NCBI RefSeq assembly: GCF_006345805.1
Contig: NC_043007.1
Location: forward strand, 23,746,001 to 23,810,000
From: Octopus sinensis
Taxonomy: Eukaryota
Direction of reading: 5' to 3'
Length of the DNA stretch: 64,000 bases
The notes below the pieces were generated by a model. That model was not told the DNA's origin and ran no database searches. It saw only the letters and a list, made by a program, of their open reading frames with translations. Numbering within the stretch: the first letter of the stretch is position 1; each line of letters opens with the position of its first letter. Both the position numbers and the translations under genes were made by a program. Shown piece after piece: positions 61,641 to 64,000 of the stretch.

Positions 61641-62571
61641 TGCTGTATTTTTGCATGTAGATGTGCATTTTAAAAATATATTTTCAGTTACTCATTTACC
61701 ATGATAGGCGTAGGTATGGCTGTGTGGTTAAGACGTTTTTTTTGTAACCACATGGTTTTGGGTTCTATCTCACTGCAAGGTACATTGGGCAAGTGTCTTC
61801 TACTACACCCTTCCGTATCCTGCGAGATCTAGTTGGGAAAACTGTATGGAAGTCTGTCGTATGTGTTTCTGTATTTCTTCACAATGTCACTGTTTGGGCC
61901 AAAATGGTGATGGTATTTTGCCTCTCTTAAACATGCATCACTTTGGCAGTTTTGTCAAGTGTGAAACGTAAGCATAAGAGTTGGTGACTGAAAGAGCATC
62001 TGGTTATAGAATATAGTAATCCCTCAACTATCGTGGGTATCACTTCTAGTGGTGGTACACCATAAAATGCATCCAGTACACCCTGCAAAGTGTTTGGTGA
62101 TAAAATTTCCACAACTTGGGGCTCATCTGGACCTGTGTTGTAGCACACCTGACTTGCTTATGGTAATAAGGATATGATTTGTTGACTTGGTCATTAACTC
62201 AACCAAATCATAATTATTCATTAAATATGAATGCACACCCTCTGATGGACAGGTCCTTGTAATAATTGTACTTTTGCTCTATAGTAACAATAAATATTTG
62301 TTCAAATATTGTTAGGTTTGAGAGCAAACTGCCTGTCTTACTCTAATTGTTCTCTCTATAAAAATAAAAAAATTATGTTCGTTTAAAGTGTTTGTAATTT
62401 AGAAATGCTTTTTTTTTTTCCTTTTCTGTAGAATTCAATAGTGGCAAAGTGGTGGAATATATTTACAACCAACCAAAATTACCTCAACAGCCTGTGCAGA
62501 ATTCTTTTCATACAGTCTTACCAGAAATGCATCTCCAGGGTAAAGAGCAGCTGATGCAAAACAGTTCACAA
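30502..62571 (+). CDS. CNOT4: CCR4-NOT transcription complex subunit 4 (NOT4 E3 ubiquitin ligase); span of 14 coding exons, 3' end outside window
   Basis: The spliced translation matches metazoan NOT4 motifs: C4C4 RING CPLCMDPLEIDDKNFFPCTCGYQICRFCWHRIRTDENGLCPACRK, RRM VVQKNLVFVVGLSQRLA...GRTLKASLGTTKYC, C3H finger CSHFLKGAQCPKSDCMYLHE, and DWQAAFGF...DDDLGFDPW...KALADLMEKE. All introns are GT-AG with consistent phases; total 2199 nt = 733 codons. Confidence 0.97.
30745..30976 (-). mobile_element. 5'-truncated SINE A' fragment between 41-bp direct repeats
   Basis: Matches A' body and tail (tgcctttcctgtcaccaacc). Confidence 0.7.
31018..31320 (+). mobile_element. two tandem 5'-truncated SINE B copies (31018-31150, 31151-31320)
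   Basis: Centre and tail repeated twice. Confidence 0.88.
31418..31486 (+). CDS. CNOT4: CNOT4 coding exon 2, first half of RING (CPLC...CTCGYQ)
   Basis: ttttcAG acceptor, CAG|GTAAGT donor, 69 nt, phase 0-0. Confidence 0.97.
32205..32673 (+). mobile_element. family D retroposon, copy with the longest unique 5' extent
   Basis: About 4 diverged array units plus body and (GAT)n tail. Confidence 0.88.
32687..33118 (-). mobile_element. SINE family A', full length with (CA)n centre
   Basis: Family A head at 33118-32960; distinct body; D-like tail ggatgcccttcttgtcatcacc / catcattatttaatgtc. Confidence 0.8.
34662..34947 (-). mobile_element. 5'-truncated RTE-clade LINE (GGQLKTW type)
   Basis: Minus-strand peptide QRPEGELIRNVVSLPPLPSWHKRTGGQLKTW..TIKEDL...DAVRTREEAGSTRPG*; (CAAGTA)2 tail; perfect 12-bp TSD AGTGGGGAGTGC (34650-61, 34948-59). 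Confidence 0.9.
36010..36365 (-). mobile_element. SINE family C variant with longer body
   Basis: aactggagcaacatgaaatgaagtgtcttgctcaagaacac. Confidence 0.6.
36765..36985 (+). mobile_element. SINE family B (second tail type)
   Basis: Head, centre, ggccttgtgtcaaaattttgaa tail. Confidence 0.8.
37400..37765 (-). mobile_element. SINE family A, degraded
   Basis: Tail, centre and head recognisable. Confidence 0.7.
37896..37994 (+). mobile_element. family D 3' stub with fold-back inverted 5' arm
   Basis: 27-bp inverted repeat followed by the D tail and (GAT)n. Confidence 0.85.
39298..39627 (+). mobile_element. family D retroposon (about 3 array units)
   Basis: Array, body and (GAT)n tail. Confidence 0.9.
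40943..41470 (+). mobile_element. family D retroposon with 66-bp tandem array (about 5-6 units), followed by (TA)n 41469-41516
   Basis: tcgactggct recurs at 40951, 41017, 41083 (period 66); conserved body and tail. Confidence 0.93.
42238..42628 (+). mobile_element. two tandem SINE B copies (tail type 1 then tail type 2)
   Basis: Centre repeated at about 42320 and 42500. Confidence 0.88.
42650..42968 (-). mobile_element. SINE family A, degraded
   Basis: Tail, centre and head recognisable. Confidence 0.75.
42990..43250 (+). mobile_element. CR1/L2-like LINE 3' remnant
   Basis: Peptide HP...SVFLSQNLVPWNSLLAHILACVGLQRFNRK resembles the C-terminal SFF..T...WNSLP...L..FK motif. Confidence 0.45.
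43536..43774 (-). mobile_element. SINE family B, full length, young
   Basis: CpG-intact; perfect 15-bp TSD TATTAGAGTAATACC (43521-35, 43775-89). Confidence 0.93.
44285..44350 (+). CDS. CNOT4: CNOT4 coding exon 3, second half of RING (ICRFCWHRIRTDENGLCPACRK)
   Basis: ttttacAG acceptor, AAG|GTACGT donor, 66 nt, phase 0-0. Confidence 0.97.
44737..44825 (-). mobile_element. piggyBac-type MITE family 1, one end only, abutting a SINE C copy (44826-44975)
   Basis: TTAA+ccctttagtgtttaaaccggccatatccagcctaaatatt. Confidence 0.75.
45110..45425 (-). mobile_element. family D retroposon
   Basis: Reverse complement of tail, body and about 3 array units. Confidence 0.9.
45790..45836 (+). CDS. CNOT4: CNOT4 coding exon 4 (QYPEDPAEFKPLTED)
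   Basis: tttcAG acceptor, GA|GTAAGT donor (phase 2); matches NOT4 PYPEDPAVYKPL. Confidence 0.95.
46422..46721 (+). mobile_element. 5'-truncated RTE-BovB-like LINE
   Basis: Uninterrupted frame SLEARITKHRLAYFSHIMRRKSLEKDIMLGMVSGKRGRGRPRTRWLD...DRTDWRTLIQRVTESRLRLSG*; (GATA)n tail; 7-bp TSD ATTGTAA (46415-21, 46722-28). Confidence 0.9.
47365..47700 (+). mobile_element. SINE family A', degraded
   Basis: ccttgggcaagtatcttc...gtgagtggatttgc head part and D-like tail. Confidence 0.55.
48768..48840 (+). mobile_element. 3' stub of the same RTE family as 34662-34947
   Basis: gaagccagctcaacccaccccgggtgaatgctgtcaagt matches gaagccggctcaacccgccctgggtgaacgccgtcacaagt. Confidence 0.75.
49017..49106 (+). 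CDS. CNOT4: CNOT4 coding exon 5, coiled-coil linker (LHRIKKEKRQKDLQRKQKAAENRKHLANVR)
   Basis: ctgtAG acceptor, AG|GTAGGT donor, phase 2-2. Confidence 0.95.
50561..50708 (+). CDS. CNOT4: CNOT4 coding exon 6, RRM N-half (VVQKNLVFVVGLSQRLAEPDVLKKHEYFGKFGKIHKVVINQSTSYAGAQ)
   Basis: ttttcAG acceptor, CAG|GTATGT donor, phase 2-0. Confidence 0.97.
51607..51771 (+). CDS. CNOT4: CNOT4 coding exon 7, RRM C-half and start of C3H finger (GPSASAYVTYN...CPKS)
   Basis: ttgcAG acceptor, TCA|GTAAGT donor, 165 nt, phase 0-0. Confidence 0.97.
52617..52684 (+). CDS. CNOT4: CNOT4 coding exon 8 (DCMYLHELGEEAASFTKEEMQM)
   Basis: ttgcAG acceptor, GG|GTAAGT donor, phase 0-2. Confidence 0.97.
52937..53100 (+). mobile_element. 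SINE family B, degraded
   Basis: Head and centre. Confidence 0.75.
53313..53411 (+). CDS. CNOT4: CNOT4 coding exon 9 (GKHQEYEQKLLEQFMNSQ...TITS)
   Basis: ctcttcAG acceptor, AG|GTAAGT donor, phase 2-2; matches NOT4 GKHQEYEQKLL. Confidence 0.95.
53631..53848 (+). mobile_element. TTAA-flanked MITE family 2 (piggyBac-type)
   Basis: TTAA at 53627-30 and 53849-52; ends acctttctttacc / ggtagcaaaaggg. Confidence 0.8.
54467..54685 (+). mobile_element. MITE family 2, degraded
   Basis: Internal similarity and ggtctcaggtgggttggta right end. Confidence 0.65.
54871..55329 (+). CDS. CNOT4: CNOT4 coding exon 10, low-complexity S/T/Q-rich region with S15 run
   Basis: Open frame of 459 nt, AAGTAG tandem acceptor, AT|GTAAGT donor; phases fit the neighbouring exons; no recognisable homology. 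Confidence 0.85.
55491..55771 (+). mobile_element. family D retroposon (about 2 array units)
   Basis: Array, body and (GAT)n tail. Confidence 0.9.
55935..56125 (+). mobile_element. SINE family B, degraded
   Basis: Head, centre, tail type 2. Confidence 0.75.
56184..56435 (+). mobile_element. SINE family C, full length
   Basis: A-box TGGCTTAGTGG, B-box GTTTCGATTCC, centre tgtgttcttgagcaaaacccttcatttcacgttgctccagtccactcagctgg. Confidence 0.85.
56585..56862 (+). CDS. CNOT4: CNOT4 coding exon 11 (VENYSNGSIDSPNIR...DSLSFFSGNGF...QHST)
   Basis: ctacAG acceptor, G|GTGAGG donor, phase 2-1 fits exons 10 and 12. Confidence 0.8.
56901..57100 (+). mobile_element. SINE family B, degraded, 39 bp after the exon 11 donor
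   Basis: gagttcaaattctacc, gttgactttgccttc. Confidence 0.7.
57241..57459 (-). mobile_element. hAT (Charlie-like) MITE, inverted copy of 24215-24415
   Basis: TIRs cagtagttttcaacc / tttgaagagcactg; perfect 8-bp TSD CTCTGTAG (57233-40, 57460-67). Confidence 0.93.
57842..58428 (+). mobile_element. MITE family 2 split by a SINE A insertion
   Basis: Left part 57842-57925, right part 58312-58428 ending caaaaggg+TTAA. Confidence 0.7.
57926..58311 (+). mobile_element. SINE family A, full length
   Basis: ggcgcaggagtagctgtgtggtaag...gggttcattccc head; tail tgaaacaataaagagtaaagag. Confidence 0.92.
58607..58729 (+). CDS. CNOT4: CNOT4 coding exon 12 (GIPESLPSLEIPDTIPVTSATDWQAAFGFAPKSVDYQDDDL)
   Basis: aacAG acceptor, G|GTAAGA donor; conserved TIPV..TDWQAAFGF motif. 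Confidence 0.95.
58910..59332 (+). CDS. CNOT4: CNOT4 coding exon 13: CAF40-binding motif (GFDPWNESSKALADLMEKE), H/P/Q-rich region, Q26 tract
   Basis: tttcAG acceptor, G|GTATGT donor, phase 1-1. Confidence 0.93.
59470..59745. repeat. CA/TA-derived degenerate minisatellite (22-24 bp unit, e.g. acacacatgcagggatatatac)
   Basis: Directly visible, about 7 recognisable units. Confidence 0.85.
60555..60860 (+). mobile_element. SINE family A lacking the central microsatellite
   Basis: gaaagaagcttgt joins directly to accaccacagcttgacaac. Confidence 0.75.
60905..61155 (-). mobile_element. SINE family C, degraded
   Basis: actggagcagtgtgaaatgacgtgccttgctcaagaacac. Confidence 0.65.
62432..62571 (+). CDS. 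CNOT4: probable CNOT4 coding exon 14 (EFNSGKVVEYIYNQPKLPQQ...LMQNSSQ)
   Basis: Strong polypyrimidine tract plus TAG, open in the required phase 1, CAA|GTAAGT donor (alternative G|GTAAAG at 62540); no homology recognised. Confidence 0.65.
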
Positions 62572-62740
62572 GTAAGTCAATTTAACTTTAGAGGTTCATT
62601 GAAAAGATGTGCATCATAGTTTTGATGGAATCCTAGTGTTTGATAAAAGTTTATCGGTTTTGGTTCACTCTGATAGCAAATCTATTGCAGTTTCCCAGTA
62701 TTTAAGTTAGGTCTTCTTTTGAAGTTATTTTATAAAGATA

Positions 62741-63237
62741 GTATCGTAAGGACCGCTTTTCAGCTGTTTAAAATAGTATGGAGCGCAAGTGTAATTTCAA
62801 TAAAGAACAAAATAAGAATTTTTAACACTAACGTAAAAGCGGTGTTATTGTATGGGGCTGAGACATGGCGAACAACAAATAAGCAAATACAATGATTCAT
62901 CAACAGATGCTTGCGTAGTATACTTAGAATTAGATGGCCTGAACACATAAGCAATATGGAGTTATGGCAAAAAACAAATCAAGTTTCGATTAGGGAGCAA
63001 ATATTTAAGAAAAACTGGAAGTGGATTGGTAGCAGAATTAGAAAAGACACACCAAATGTAGCGGAAAGTGCTTTACAGTGGAAACCGGATGGATATTGAA
63101 GGAGAGGTAGGCCTCAGAACGCGTGGCAGAGATCAACACATGGCAGAGTATAAGTACAGAAGCGAAAAATTATGCGACATGGAATTCAATTATAAGTGGC
63201 CTATACTCCGCATTGGAGGGTTAAAGGCAAAAAGAAG
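62741..63237 (+). mobile_element. degraded RTE-clade LINE 3' fragment (third lineage)
   Basis: KIRIFNTNVKAVLLYGAETW...FINRCLRSILRIRWPEHISNMELW...WKWIG...ALQWKPDG*RRGRPQNAW, with internal stops. Confidence 0.88.
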
Positions 63238-64000
63238 TATTGTATAAAGGTAATTTTTGATTATCAAGTCTTATTTCATTTGATGGACTCTTCTACAGAT
63301 TTTGACTTGATTCTTCATTTTTATGATTAACTGGATAACCCTACTCATTGAATTAGCTTGCACTGGCTGAATATTCCACAGACACAAATACTTTTAGTGT
63401 AATTTTCATGTAGAAACAGCTTGATTTCGCAGGACAAGGTTGGAATTTTGAATTACAAATACATTTCATCTGATGGATTTCTGTGGTTTGCATCTACCCA
63501 AATTCACTCGTAACATACGAGAATATGAGTTGATTTGAGGCTATGGTAAAGGCTCCTGCTCAAGATACTACACAGTAGGATCAAACTCTGAACCTTGTTG
63601 TTGTCAAGTGAATCTCTTAACCACTCATTTATGTGTGTGACCCTTATTTTCTGAAGTTGATGTTACAGAGTCATGTGTGATTTTGTTTGAGGATATTTGA
63701 CCCAGACTGCTGAGAAAGGCTTCAAGGCAAAATTTATAACAGCCATAATCCAATCAATCTAACATGGATTATCTAACAGTATTTACTCAGATAATGATGA
63801 GAGAACATATAAGTGTAGTTTAATATGGAATTTCATTACATATAGATTGTTGACTCAGTCAAATGTCATATTTCAAATGACTGTGATTACTTTTGAGTTG
63901 TCTTCTCTTTATATGATATTGTTAAATATTATAATTTTTATGTGTATAAATACTGTAATATAAATATAATTGTATAAATCTTCTCTGTCCACTATTTGGT

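Overview
AT-rich, repeat-dense eukaryotic (metazoan) genomic DNA, most likely a coleoid cephalopod such as Octopus; the species is inferred from my recollection of the SINE families, not verified. One protein-coding gene is supported: CNOT4/NOT4, the RING-RRM-C3H E3 ligase subunit of CCR4-NOT, on the + strand. I reconstructed 14 phase-consistent coding exons from 30502 to 62571 (2199 nt, 733 codons); the gene runs past the window end. Everything else is intron or intergenic DNA filled with mobile elements: three tRNA-headed SINE families (working names A/A', B, C); a 5'-truncated retroposon family with a (GAT)n tail and a variable internal tandem array (family D, including an ~80 x 26-bp array at 12861-14945); 3' fragments of several RTE-type LINEs, one BovB-like; an internally deleted piggyBac element with MITEs that match its two ends; a second TTAA MITE family; hAT MITEs; and a retrotransposed U6 copy nested in a SINE. 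Most ORFs in the supplied track are spurious products of repeats. I found no CRISPR, rRNA or true tRNA gene, and no clearly new biological system. The best leads are the array-carrying retroposon and the piggyBac parent/MITE pair. Repeat boundaries are by eye (about +/-10 bp unless a target-site duplication, TSD, is given).
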